From assembly GCA_965263355.1 (NCBI GenBank), contig CBDHHL010000056.1:1728001-1792000 (forward strand): a stretch of DNA of 64,000 nucleotides. Direction: 5' to 3'. Numbering within the stretch: position 1 is the stretch's first letter; every line of letters starts with the position of its first letter. The notes below the pieces were generated by a model that searched no databases, was not told where the DNA came from, and saw only the letters and a list, made by a program, of their open reading frames with translations. A program made the translations under genes and the position numbers. Origin of the DNA: Leptolyngbyaceae cyanobacterium. Its GTDB lineage: Bacteria > Cyanobacteriota > Cyanobacteriia > Phormidesmidales > Phormidesmidaceae. This document shows, piece after piece, positions 54,894 to 64,000 of the stretch.

Positions 54894-55979
54894 GTGCCTC
54901 ATCCATCAAAGCATCTGCTGATTGGCTCAACAGAGCCCTACAGCGGCAAATCGGCCACCATAACGGGTCTGGCCCTACAGCTTCAGGATCGCGGTATTGA
55001 TATTGCCTATGCCAAACCTGTTGGTACTTGTCCTAGCGATGAAGCTGGTATTGACGAAGATGTTCGGTTTATTTCCAAAATTTTAGCGCTACCGACATCA
55101 CGTCTGCGTCCAACGCTTCTGTCCCTTGATGCTCAGACAATCGAGCAACAATTGACAGATGAAAATGCTGCCGTTGATCCACAGCAGATGGCTACTTATC
55201 TTGGTGGTCAGGGGGAAGATTTACTGCTGATTGAAGGTCCCGGCACGCTAGAAGAAGGCACTCTATTTGGTTTATCTCTGACTCAACTGGCACAGGCAAC
55301 TGAAGCGCAAGTCATGTTAGTTGCAAGGTTTCATTCCGTACTGATTGTTGACGGTCTACTGGCAGCTAAGCAAAAGCTTGGTGACCGATTAATGGGTGTC
55401 TTAATTAATGATGTTCCTGCCGAGCAACTTCAGGCTGTTACTACTAACGTTAAGGCTTGCCTTGAGCGCCATGGCATACCTGTTTTAGGGATTCTACCGA
55501 GTACTCCCCTGATGCGTAGCGTCAGCGTTGGTGAGCTGGTTCAACAACTCAAAGCTGAGATCCTTTGCTGTGAGGATCGAGTGGATTTAATGGTTCAGAG
55601 CTTGAGCATTGGAGCAATGAATGTCAACTCAGCCCTGAAATATTTTCGTAAGGCTGACAATATGGCTGTGATTACGGGGGGTGACCGAGCTGATATTCAA
55701 CTGGCGGCGCTAGAAACCTCTACCCAATGCTTGATTTTAACGGGACATCTTGCACCACGCCCAGATATCATAAGTCGGGCTCAAGATTTAGAAGTGCCCA
55801 TTTTGTCAGTGGATCTAGACACCCTCACTACTGTTGAAATTATTGAAAAGTCATTCCAGCAGGTGCGCTTACAGGAGCCTATCAAAGTACAGTGCATTCA
55901 GCTGCTCATGGAAAAGCACTTTGACGTAGAGCGCCTGATGGGTGAGTTGAATTTATCATCACCTGCCGTGACAGCGTAG
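54894..55979 (+). CDS. Phosphotransacetylase-family N-terminal / DRTGG domain protein
   Basis: PYSGKS, LLLIEG, ITGGDRADIQLAALE; no Pta catalytic domain. Confidence 0.85.
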   Translation: MPHPSKHLLIGSTEPYSGKSATITGLALQLQDRGIDIAYAKPVGTCPSDEAGIDEDVRFISKILALPTSRLRPTLLSLDAQTIEQQLTDENAAVDPQQMATYLGGQGEDLLLIEGPGTLEEGTLFGLSLTQLAQATEAQVMLVARFHSVLIVDGLLAAKQKLGDRLMGVLINDVPAEQLQAVTTNVKACLERHGIPVLGILPSTPLMRSVSVGELVQQLKAEILCCEDRVDLMVQSLSIGAMNVNSALKYFRKADNMAVITGGDRADIQLAALETSTQCLILTGHLAPRPDIISRAQDLEVPILSVDLDTLTTVEIIEKSFQQVRLQEPIKVQCIQLLMEKHFDVERLMGELNLSSPAVTA

Positions 55980-56081
55980 GTCAATATTAGAATGCAATCT
56001 TAGAGATTACGGATCACAAGGTTGTAGGGACAAGGGTTTGGTAAAATTAGCCAGTCCTTTCATTAAAACTACATAAAGCCC

Positions 56082-56597
56082 TTGAGTCAGTCCCTTGATA
56101 CCCCCATCGAATCGCTTAAGGTAGATGATTTTTTGCAAGAGCTTGCTGCTATCCAGCAGTCAGGTTCAAAGCGAATTGCTATCTTGGGGTCCCGCCATGT
56201 GCCTATTACCCACTTGCGGCTGATTGAATTGATGAGCTATGCACTGGTGCTTGGCGGCAATCGGCTTTTGACATCTGGGGCAACGGGGACAAACGCTGCA
56301 GCGATTCGGGGAGCAATGAAGGCAGATCCTAACTTGCTGACGGTGATTTTGCCACAAAGCCTGGAACGTCAGCCGCGCGAATCTCGTGAGCAGCTAGAGT
56401 CAGTCATGCATCTGGTAGAAAACTCTGCTAACGACAGGCTTGAACTGGCTGAGGCCAGCGCCCTTTGCAATCAGGAAATTATCTCTCGCTGTCAGCAGCT
56501 AATTTGCTTTGCATTTCACGATAGTCATACATTGCTGAAAACCTGCAAAGATGCTGAAGATCAGCGCAAAATTGTGACATTGTTCTACTTTGATTAG
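56082..56597 (+). CDS. DprA/SMF-like Rossmann (SLOG) domain protein
   Basis: IAILGSR, TSGATGTNAAAIRGA. Confidence 0.75.
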   Translation: MSQSLDTPIESLKVDDFLQELAAIQQSGSKRIAILGSRHVPITHLRLIELMSYALVLGGNRLLTSGATGTNAAAIRGAMKADPNLLTVILPQSLERQPRESREQLESVMHLVENSANDRLELAEASALCNQEIISRCQQLICFAFHDSHTLLKTCKDAEDQRKIVTLFYFD

Positions 56598-56645
56598 AAC
56601 AAACACTGGTTAGCATTTTGCCCTTGGCGCTAGAGCATTTGATCT

Positions 56646-57083
56646 GTGAGCTTACTATCCTTGCCTAATATTTTTCTATATAGTCTGCCAATAGCTGCTT
56701 TCTTGATTTATTTGCCTTATATGGTGGTGGCCTCAGAGCGAGTAAAGCTAGCTCAATCTATGGATAATCCTATGGAGGTGTTTACTAAGCCTCGGGTTTA
56801 TGCAGACAAACTGCCAGACTACGCCAAGCGAGCAAATTGGGCCCATCAAAATTCATTGGAGTCATTTATGCTGTATGCTCCAGCAGCATTGATGGCCTAC
56901 ATGACAGGTCAGGACAGTATAGCTGCCTTACTGGCGGTCGTTACTTATGTGATTGCGCGGTTACTTTTCTCAATGTCTTACATTCTGAATGTGGCACCGT
57001 TGCGATCGCTGATGTTCGTCATTGGCAGCCTCAGCATTTTTAGCCTATATTTCATGAGCTGCAAAACCATTTGGCTACAATAG
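56646..57083 (+). CDS. MAPEG-family membrane protein
   Basis: RANWAHQNSLESF. Confidence 0.85.
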   Translation: MSLLSLPNIFLYSLPIAAFLIYLPYMVVASERVKLAQSMDNPMEVFTKPRVYADKLPDYAKRANWAHQNSLESFMLYAPAALMAYMTGQDSIAALLAVVTYVIARLLFSMSYILNVAPLRSLMFVIGSLSIFSLYFMSCKTIWLQ

Positions 57084-57153
57084 TTCTTACCCTCGCATCT
57101 CCATGTTCTAGACGGTGGGCAATGCTCACCTTACACCTCTATTCTCCTCAACC

Positions 57154-57645
57154 ATGGCTTCTACGTTTTCCTTTGATGTCGTTAGTGACTTTGATCGTCA
57201 GGAGCTGGTCAATGCTCTCGATCAGGTACGCCGTGAATTAAAAAGTCGATATGACCTCAAAGATAGTAAGACCACATTGGATTTAGGCGAAACCAATATC
57301 TCTATTGAGACCGCTAGTGAAATGACATTAGAGGCGGTTCATACGCTGATTCAAACCAAAGCAGCAAAACGAAATTTATCGATGAAGATCTTTGAGTTTG
57401 GCAATATCGACACCGCTAGTGGCAACCGGGTTAGACAAGAGATTGAACTCAAAAAAGGTCTGAGTCAGGAGGTTGCAAAAAAAATCTCTAAGATGATTCG
57501 TGACAACCTCAAAAAGGTACAAGCCTCAATTCAAGGGGATGCGGTTCGTATTTCAGCCAAGTCTAAAGATGACTTGCAAGCTGCAATTCAGCTTATTAAA
57601 GAGGAAGACTGGCCTGTCGCTTTGCAATTCCAAAACTACCGTTAG
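57154..57645 (+). CDS. yajQ: YajQ-family nucleotide-binding protein
   Basis: [27 protein letters not shown]. Confidence 0.93.
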   Translation: MASTFSFDVVSDFDRQELVNALDQVRRELKSRYDLKDSKTTLDLGETNISIETASEMTLEAVHTLIQTKAAKRNLSMKIFEFGNIDTASGNRVRQEIELKKGLSQEVAKKISKMIRDNLKKVQASIQGDAVRISAKSKDDLQAAIQLIKEEDWPVALQFQNYR

Positions 57646-57707
57646 CCCACAGGACGACTAATATAAAAGGAGCTATGGTTTAAGGTAGAGTATTTGGCTA
57701 GACGCCT

Positions 57708-58295
57708 ATGACTACGGTAAAAAATCGCCCCATGACCTTAACAGAGTATCTGAACTACGACACAGATGCAGATGCTCGCTATGAGTTGGTGGATGGAATT
57801 TTAGTAGAGATGGGCGCTGAAAGTACTCTCAATATCAACATTGCAATTTTTTTGATTGTGACGTTTGCCCAGCTAGTGCCTATCCACCGCATCCATAGGG
57901 GTACAGAAATTGAAGTCGAAGGAGAACTAGCCAATACTCGCTATCCTGACTTGATGGTATTAACTGAAGCGTGTGCTGCAGCACTGGCTGGGAAGAAACG
58001 TGCCTTAATCTCATCAGATATGCCTGCTCCTGCACTCGTGGTTGAAGTGGTCTCCAGCAGCGATACGGATGTTAGATCACGAGATCGTGACTACGTTGAT
58101 AAACGCAAAGAGTATGCCCAGAGAGGCATTCCAGAATATTGGATTATTGATCCAATCAAGGCAGCTATTTTAGTTTTGACACTGACGGGGCAAACATACC
58201 AGGACCAGCAGTTTACAGGCAAAGACTTACTCAAGTCACCGTTGATGCCTGCATTAAACCTCTGCTGCAATCAAGTCCTAAAAGCAGGTCAGTAG
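57708..58295 (+). CDS. Uma2 (DUF820) endonuclease-fold protein
   Basis: RYELVDG, PDL, VVEVVS, GIPEYWIIDP. Confidence 0.9.
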   Translation: MTTVKNRPMTLTEYLNYDTDADARYELVDGILVEMGAESTLNINIAIFLIVTFAQLVPIHRIHRGTEIEVEGELANTRYPDLMVLTEACAAALAGKKRALISSDMPAPALVVEVVSSSDTDVRSRDRDYVDKRKEYAQRGIPEYWIIDPIKAAILVLTLTGQTYQDQQFTGKDLLKSPLMPALNLCCNQVLKAGQ

Positions 58296-58396
58296 AGAGC
58301 TGTAGAAATGCCTGCCAAATGACAAACTCTCGCACATCATTAGGACGATGGGTCTGCTTCTTGCTACCCATAAAAATCTATCCTTGAGAACACGCC

Positions 58397-58885
58397 TTAA
58401 AAGTCCCACGTTAGTAATGTAGCAGTGGGGATAAAGCCCAAGTCTTCATAAAGGTTGAGGGCTACCTTATTTTTGCAAAACACCTGAAGGCTTATCTGGC
58501 CATAGCCATGTTCCTTAGCCCAGTGCTTAGCATGATTCATTAACCCACGTCCCAGCCCCAGACGCCGATAGGCTGGTTTTACATACACCAAATAAATATA
58601 AGCCTGAAGTGTTCCAGTAAGTTGGTCAATTGATTGCCCCAACCAGAGACATCCAATGGAACTCGGTTGACCTGCCATAAAACCAACCCGTGAGATGCCA
58701 GATTTCTCTAACCACCAAAGCATTGACGGTCCCTCAAGATACAATTCAACGGTTTTGGTCAGATGGCCTAGTTGGGCAGCCCCTAATTCTCGATAGGCAC
58801 TCGCCATCGTTGTCAATAATCGTGATCGATCCAGACCAGAGCCCTCAACCAATTGATATCCCTCAGGCCAGTCAGACACCACCAA
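58397..58885 (-). CDS. GNAT acetyltransferase
   Basis: VKPAYRRLGLGRGL, N.VALNLYEDLGF. Confidence 0.88.
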   Translation of the reverse strand: MVVSDWPEGYQLVEGSGLDRSRLLTTMASAYRELGAAQLGHLTKTVELYLEGPSMLWWLEKSGISRVGFMAGQPSSIGCLWLGQSIDQLTGTLQAYIYLVYVKPAYRRLGLGRGLMNHAKHWAKEHGYGQISLQVFCKNKVALNLYEDLGFIPTATLLTWDF

Positions 58886-59051
58886 AATTAGTTAGTAATA
58901 ACTTCCCTGCCATAGCAAGTTCGTCACCATCAATAGGAGCAGGGGCCATCATATCGCTAGGTAACCAAATACGTGCACTAACTGCCAACATAGCCACCAA
59001 AAACACGATCAAAATCAGAAATGGAATCACATACGAGCGAATGATGGACAT
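58872..59051 (-). CDS. Small single-TM protein (59 aa)
   Basis: Own translation MSIIRSYVIPFLILIVFLVAMLAVSARIWLPSDMMAPAPI...; overlaps the GNAT start. Confidence 0.7.
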   Translation of the reverse strand: MSIIRSYVIPFLILIVFLVAMLAVSARIWLPSDMMAPAPIDGDELAMAGKLLLTNFGGV

Positions 59052-59171
59052 GGTAAAACTTTGAAAATAAGGATGTACAGGATGTTCGTCATTAGATAAC
59101 CGATACCATTAAGTATCGTAACGTTTCTTAGTGGGATGAACATTGACCACAGTCTAGTTTTAGCCTGTGAA

Positions 59172-60968
59172 TCAAGACCACACATCATCATCATCTAATC
59201 CAGGACGTGGCACCGGGGCAATAGGTCGCTGATTCAGCTGACGTAGCCACCACCAACCACCTACAGCGATAATCAGTGCACACCATCCCAATAGCGACTT
59301 CAATAACAAAAATCCACCCACAGCGAACATTGCGCCAAAGAGTAATAGCAGTGCAGCGCTCACTCGCTGAAACTCCAGCTCCAAATTTTGTAACGGTCTT
59401 ATCCCGGTACGCTGACGCTGACGCTGCCAGCCGGGACCACCGGGGCGCACACGGCGATAAAAGTTGTCTAGGGTTTCATCGGATTCGGGGGGGGTTAGCA
59501 ACATCACGGTGACCCAAACTAGGGTGGTAATACCTGCCGTCACTAGCAGGCGCAGTCCAAAGTCGGAAATTTTGACCACGTCTAAAACGCTGGTGAGCAA
59601 ACCAATGACAAATCCCGTCACCATGGAACTCAGTTCTGCTGCGGCATTAATTCGCCACCAGAACCAGCGCAAAATAAGTACAAGGCCAGGTCCCGTACCA
59701 ATGGCAATTACCAAACGAAAAACAGTGGCCACATCAGAGGCAAAGAACGCTGCTGCTGCGCCTAAAACAGTCACTAGCACCGACGTAATGCGCCCGACAT
59801 TTACCAATTCAGCTTGGGTGGCGTCGGGGTTAATAAACCGACTATAAAGGTCATTGGTCAGGTACGATGCCCCCCAATTGATCAGGGTGGAAACAGTACT
59901 CATAAAGGCAGCGACCAGGGATGCGACGACTAACCCCAGAAGCACTGGGGGCAAAAAGTCGAGCATGAGTTTGGGGTAGCCTAATTCACGATCGGCTAAA
60001 TCTGGATAGATCGCCACAGCGGCCAAGGCAACAATAATCCAGGGCCAGGTACGAATAACGTAGTGCAAAATATTGAAAAACCAGGCTGCTTTTTCCGCTT
60101 CAGTTTCATCCTTGGCAGCCACCAAACGCTGGATAAATTCGCCCCCACCGTCGCTGCGGCGAAAGGCCCACCATTGCAAAAACACATAGGCAATAAACGC
60201 GCTAGCGGGAATACCTGCCACCGAACTCCAGCCAATGCCACCGTCAAAGGTGATGGGTACGATGCTGAGAATATCGAACTCGGTGTTAGCCTGAGCCTGA
60301 TTAACCAGATTTTGCATGCCACCCACTGAGGCGACCGAGGCCACCGCCACTACAATCGCCCCTAGTAGCGCCAGGAAAAATTGGAAGAAGTCAGTAGCCA
60401 CCACACCCCAAAGCCCTGAGAAGCCAGCGTAGAACAGCACTAAAATACTGACCACAATCACGCTCCAGAGCTTCATACTGTCATTTGGTTCAATGCCCAC
60501 ACTTTGCCACAGCTCCAGGGCATCTACTACTTTGACCATGGCCAACATAGCGTAGCCAATACCGATGCAGTTGATAGGCACTGCAAACAGAAACGCTTTT
60601 ACACCCCGTAAAACTGCCGCTGTTTGACCGCCATAGCGAATTTCAGTAAGTTCCGCATCGGTTACCACTTCCGACCGTCGCCACAATCGAGCAAAGACAT
60701 AGATCATCACCACATGGGCGATGCCAAAACTCCACCATTCCCAATTACCGGCAATCCCACGGGAGCCGACTACTCCGGCTACATACAGCGGTGTATCAAT
60801 CGAGAATGTGGTAGCGGCCATACTGGTACCGGCCAACCACCAGGGCAAGGAGCGCCCTGACACAAAAAAATCAACCAGGCTACCGGAAGCTTTGCGAGAC
60901 AGGTAGACACCTAACACCATTGTAAAGATGAGGTAGGCCAATACAATCAGCCAGTCAATTAGAAGCAT
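59172..60968 (-). CDS. Sodium:solute symporter
   Basis: FFVSGRSLPWW, SMAATTF, GLWGVVATD, AAFMST. Confidence 0.92.
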   Translation of the reverse strand: MLLIDWLIVLAYLIFTMVLGVYLSRKASGSLVDFFVSGRSLPWWLAGTSMAATTFSIDTPLYVAGVVGSRGIAGNWEWWSFGIAHVVMIYVFARLWRRSEVVTDAELTEIRYGGQTAAVLRGVKAFLFAVPINCIGIGYAMLAMVKVVDALELWQSVGIEPNDSMKLWSVIVVSILVLFYAGFSGLWGVVATDFFQFFLALLGAIVVAVASVASVGGMQNLVNQAQANTEFDILSIVPITFDGGIGWSSVAGIPASAFIAYVFLQWWAFRRSDGGGEFIQRLVAAKDETEAEKAAWFFNILHYVIRTWPWIIVALAAVAIYPDLADRELGYPKLMLDFLPPVLLGLVVASLVAAFMSTVSTLINWGASYLTNDLYSRFINPDATQAELVNVGRITSVLVTVLGAAAAFFASDVATVFRLVIAIGTGPGLVLILRWFWWRINAAAELSSMVTGFVIGLLTSVLDVVKISDFGLRLLVTAGITTLVWVTVMLLTPPESDETLDNFYRRVRPGGPGWQRQRQRTGIRPLQNLELEFQRVSAALLLLFGAMFAVGGFLLLKSLLGWCALIIAVGGWWWLRQLNQRPIAPVPRPGLDDDDVWS

Positions 60969-61344
60969 TGGGATGCAATTCTGAAGCGGTAAGCCCAAAT
61001 CATCCCATACGAGGTTGCTCTCACAAAAAATTGTCGCAAAATGTCGTTAATCGAAATTTTGAAAGGATAGAGGCGTTTGTGAAGCTTGCGATCGCATCTC
61101 TCATTAACTCCATTGCCCCCGCCCACCATGAGCACGACCTGAAACTAACGCTCTGCCCGACTATTAACACGAAACCGTCTGCCGGCGTTTGGCAGCTTAA
61201 CAGTAGTATGCAACTTACCTCCAGGCGTTGCACCAAAAGCACTATGACCGAGCCCAACAACTAGAACAAGCCCATTGTCACCGAGATGGTGGCGCTGCTT
61301 TTCACTAAGCAGACTGCGATAGTATGAACGCTGACTATTCGGCT

Positions 61345-62100
61345 CTAGAAATCCTCTTGCTCGATTTCCTCAATTACCTGAAGCCCGCGTGAATCACCTA
61401 AATGCAAAATCGCTGCGCGGGCATCATCCCTTACGCCTAAATCCTCATCATCGGCAAAGGTCTCAATCAAGGCATCAATGGCCGTGGCATAAACCACGTT
61501 ATAGGTAAGGTCTTTGCACAGTTCGCCAATGGACCAGGCACAGTTACTCCTCACAATGGCAATGGGGTCATTGCGCATGGTTTTCACTAACGCTGGAATC
61601 GCTTTGAGAATTGCTTCAAAGCTGATTTTTCCCATCTGTCCGAGGGCACTCGCCGCCCAGAGACGTACCACGGACATATCATTTTCAATCGCTTCCACTA
61701 AGGGAACTACCGCCTTTTCATTTTGGCAATTCCCCAACGCCCATACCACCGCCTTACGCACATAGCCATGGGAATCGCTAGTAAGCTGATTGATTAAAGC
61801 ATCTACGGCTGTTTCACTCGGGTTACGCCCAAGGGCATAGGCTGCATTTACTCGTACCAGCGGACTGTAATCATCCAATAGTTCGATTAGCCTGGGAATG
61901 GCGCGGGGTTCCTGAATTTTATAAAACGCTCGAGCTGCTAACATCCGTTGCTGCAAAATCTCTGAATATAACAGGGGCAGCATTTGGTCGGGATTGTAGC
62001 GAGGGGAATGATCCTCTAAGGGAATTGCATCTAAAGGATCAATAGGAGCATCCACCCCTATCTCAGCTTCTAAAACCTCAAGCGCCTCAAAATCATCCAT
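61345..62100 (-). CDS. PBS-lyase-type HEAT repeat protein
   Basis: Repeated VR..AA.ALG motifs. Confidence 0.85.
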   Translation of the reverse strand: MDDFEALEVLEAEIGVDAPIDPLDAIPLEDHSPRYNPDQMLPLLYSEILQQRMLAARAFYKIQEPRAIPRLIELLDDYSPLVRVNAAYALGRNPSETAVDALINQLTSDSHGYVRKAVVWALGNCQNEKAVVPLVEAIENDMSVVRLWAASALGQMGKISFEAILKAIPALVKTMRNDPIAIVRSNCAWSIGELCKDLTYNVVYATAIDALIETFADDEDLGVRDDARAAILHLGDSRGLQVIEEIEQEDF

Positions 62101-62145
62101 GGATTGAACTCGGTGAATTCAGACCGTAGGTCCAGAGAATAAAAG

Positions 62146-62177
62146 CTGGGTAATGGCCCCAAAAAACCATTACCCAG
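62146..62177. terminator. Hairpin after hemL
   Basis: CTGGGTAATGG...CCATTACCCAG. Confidence 0.6.
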
Positions 62178-62211
62178 AATGTACCTATTGCAGATTTAGC
62201 TAAACAATCTA

Positions 62212-63513
62212 CTAGATAGAAGACAACACTGTACGAGCTGCCGCCAAAGTATTGGCAATGTCGTCATCCGTATGGGCTAAGGAGGTAAAGCCAGCCTCAA
62301 ACTGGGATGGTGCCAAGTACACACCTTGCTCTAACATGCCACGATGGAAACGACTGAATTTTTCCAAGTCCGACTGCTTGGCATCATCATAGTTATGGAC
62401 GGGGCCTGCGGTGAAGAACATTCCGAACATGGCGCTGACGTTTCCACCAAAGACATCATGGCCATTTTCACGGGCGATTTCCAATAACCCAGTAATCAGT
62501 GTGTTGGTTTTTTCTTCCAACTGTTCATAGGTACCGGGACGGCCCAGAATCTCTAGGGTCTTGATACCAGCCGTCATGGCTAGGGGATTACCCGATAAAG
62601 TGCCGGCCTGGTAAACAGGACCAGCAGGCGCAACCATTTCCATGATGTCGCGACGACCACCGTAAGCACCCACAGGCAAACCGCCACCGATAATTTTACC
62701 GAGGGTAGTGAGATCAGGGGTAACGCCAAGCTTTTCTTGTACACCACCGTAGGCGATGCGAAAACCAGTCATGACTTCATCAAAGACAAGTAAGGCATCA
62801 TGGTCCCGAGTGATTTCCCGTAGGCCCTCTAAGAAACCTGCATCTGGAGTAACAAAGCCAGAGTTACCAACGATGGGTTCTAGAATTACACCAGAAATTT
62901 CGCCAGGGTGCTGAGCAAAGAGGGCTTTGACAGCTTCTAAATCATTGTAGGGCGCAGTCAATGTGGTTGCAGTGGTGCTTTTGGGCACACCAGGGGAATC
63001 AGGTAACCCCAAGGTAGCTACACCGGAGCCGGCCTTAACCAGAAACATGTCGGCATGGCCGTGATAGCAACCTTCAAATTTGATCACCTTGTCACGCCCA
63101 GTGAATGCCCGCATTAGGCGCAAAACGGCCATACAAGCCTCAGTACCTGAGTTAACAAAACGAACCATCTCAATGCTGGGAACGGCAGCAATTACCATCT
63201 CAGCTAAAACATTTTCGAGATAGCAAGGCGCACCAAAACTAGTGCCCTTTTGCAACGTTTCAACTAGAGCCTTATTGACTTCGTCATTGGCATGACCACA
63301 AATAGCCGGTCCCCAAGTACCGACATAGTCGATGTATTCGTTACCGTCAACGTCCCAGATGTGGGAACCCTTAACGCGATCAAAGACAATGGGTTGGCCG
63401 CCAACGGACTTGAAAGCACGCACGGGGGAGCTAACGCCTCCGGGCATTAAGCTTTGGGCAGCCGCGAAAATCTCATCTGATTTTGTTGTTTTCAAAGATG
63501 TGGTGGTAACCAA
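62212..63513 (-). CDS. hemL: Glutamate-1-semialdehyde aminotransferase
   Basis: [36 protein letters not shown]. Confidence 0.98.
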   Translation of the reverse strand: MVTTTSLKTTKSDEIFAAAQSLMPGGVSSPVRAFKSVGGQPIVFDRVKGSHIWDVDGNEYIDYVGTWGPAICGHANDEVNKALVETLQKGTSFGAPCYLENVLAEMVIAAVPSIEMVRFVNSGTEACMAVLRLMRAFTGRDKVIKFEGCYHGHADMFLVKAGSGVATLGLPDSPGVPKSTTATTLTAPYNDLEAVKALFAQHPGEISGVILEPIVGNSGFVTPDAGFLEGLREITRDHDALLVFDEVMTGFRIAYGGVQEKLGVTPDLTTLGKIIGGGLPVGAYGGRRDIMEMVAPAGPVYQAGTLSGNPLAMTAGIKTLEILGRPGTYEQLEEKTNTLITGLLEIARENGHDVFGGNVSAMFGMFFTAGPVHNYDDAKQSDLEKFSRFHRGMLEQGVYLAPSQFEAGFTSLAHTDDDIANTLAAARTVLSSI

Positions 63514-63823
63514 CGGGCTCTCCTTATGGTTAAAAGTCGTGTGTCGAAGGGATAAAATTGACAGCCTTGATGACTGCCGTTATGAAAGGACGCTAATGCA
63601 ATATCGGCATTCATCCCAGTGATGAATCTCTGAACAAAGGACTTAAATTTGTCCCCTAAGAGCAGCATTAACCAACGATTGTGAAGATTGCAGTATTCTC
63701 AATCCTAGCGTTTGTGCTTACCTCGATTGCAATATGTTAAGGAATATAGCAGAGCAGGAACAGCCTTCTAACTGCGACAATAGGGCTGCACTGAGCTGAC
63801 TGGCTACTGGATTAATAGGGATT

Positions 63824-64000
63824 ATGAGTACTTCGCTTTCTTTTGTAGGCGCTATACCCACGGACGCAATTCGCTATAACGACCAGGGACTAGTCCCTGC
63901 GATCGCACAAGACTATCTGGATGGCACCGTACTCATGATGGCCTGGATGAACCAGGAATCTTTGCAAAAAACCCTGGCAACTGGTGACGTGTGGTATTGG
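63824..64000 (+). CDS. hisI: Phosphoribosyl-AMP cyclohydrolase HisI (HisIE) 5' part
   Basis: Own translation [31 protein letters not shown]; runs off the window end. Confidence 0.92.
   Translation, partial: MSTSLSFVGAIPTDAIRYNDQGLVPAIAQDYLDGTVLMMAWMNQESLQKTLATGDVWYW

Noticed and set aside
57708..58295. Uma2 gene as a defence system
   Set aside because: A single copy of a family that is highly expanded in cyanobacteria, with no partner genes.

Overview
Core-genome window from a cyanobacterium: allophycocyanin genes, RpaB, psb30, an Hli protein and about 20 HIP1 GCGATCGC sites counted by eye. A filamentous Leptolyngbya-like strain is my inference only. It contains plsX-fabH-fabD, rpaB, radA, the large ATP synthase operon, apcEABC, cyAbrB, crp-DUF2232-cobT, tRNA-Cys, trmD-ispF, ispD, mgdA, ebsA-yajQ, hemL and the start of hisI. 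I saw no transposase, integrase, CRISPR array or prophage. The most unexpected signal is a ~70-nt non-coding element present three times: in the apcE leader, in the hli leader, and antisense between fabH and fabD. Its interleaved inverted repeats fit a pseudoknot, and looser analogues lie upstream of apcA and cyAbrB. Other items of note are a ~1740-aa coiled-coil/hyper-acidic/actin-Hsp70-like protein, an orphan phage-type lysozyme coupled to a sugar ABC permease, a PatN-like protein, two PEP-CTERM-type gene relics, a Pho box and several unannotated small ORFs. All calls were made by eye without database searches.
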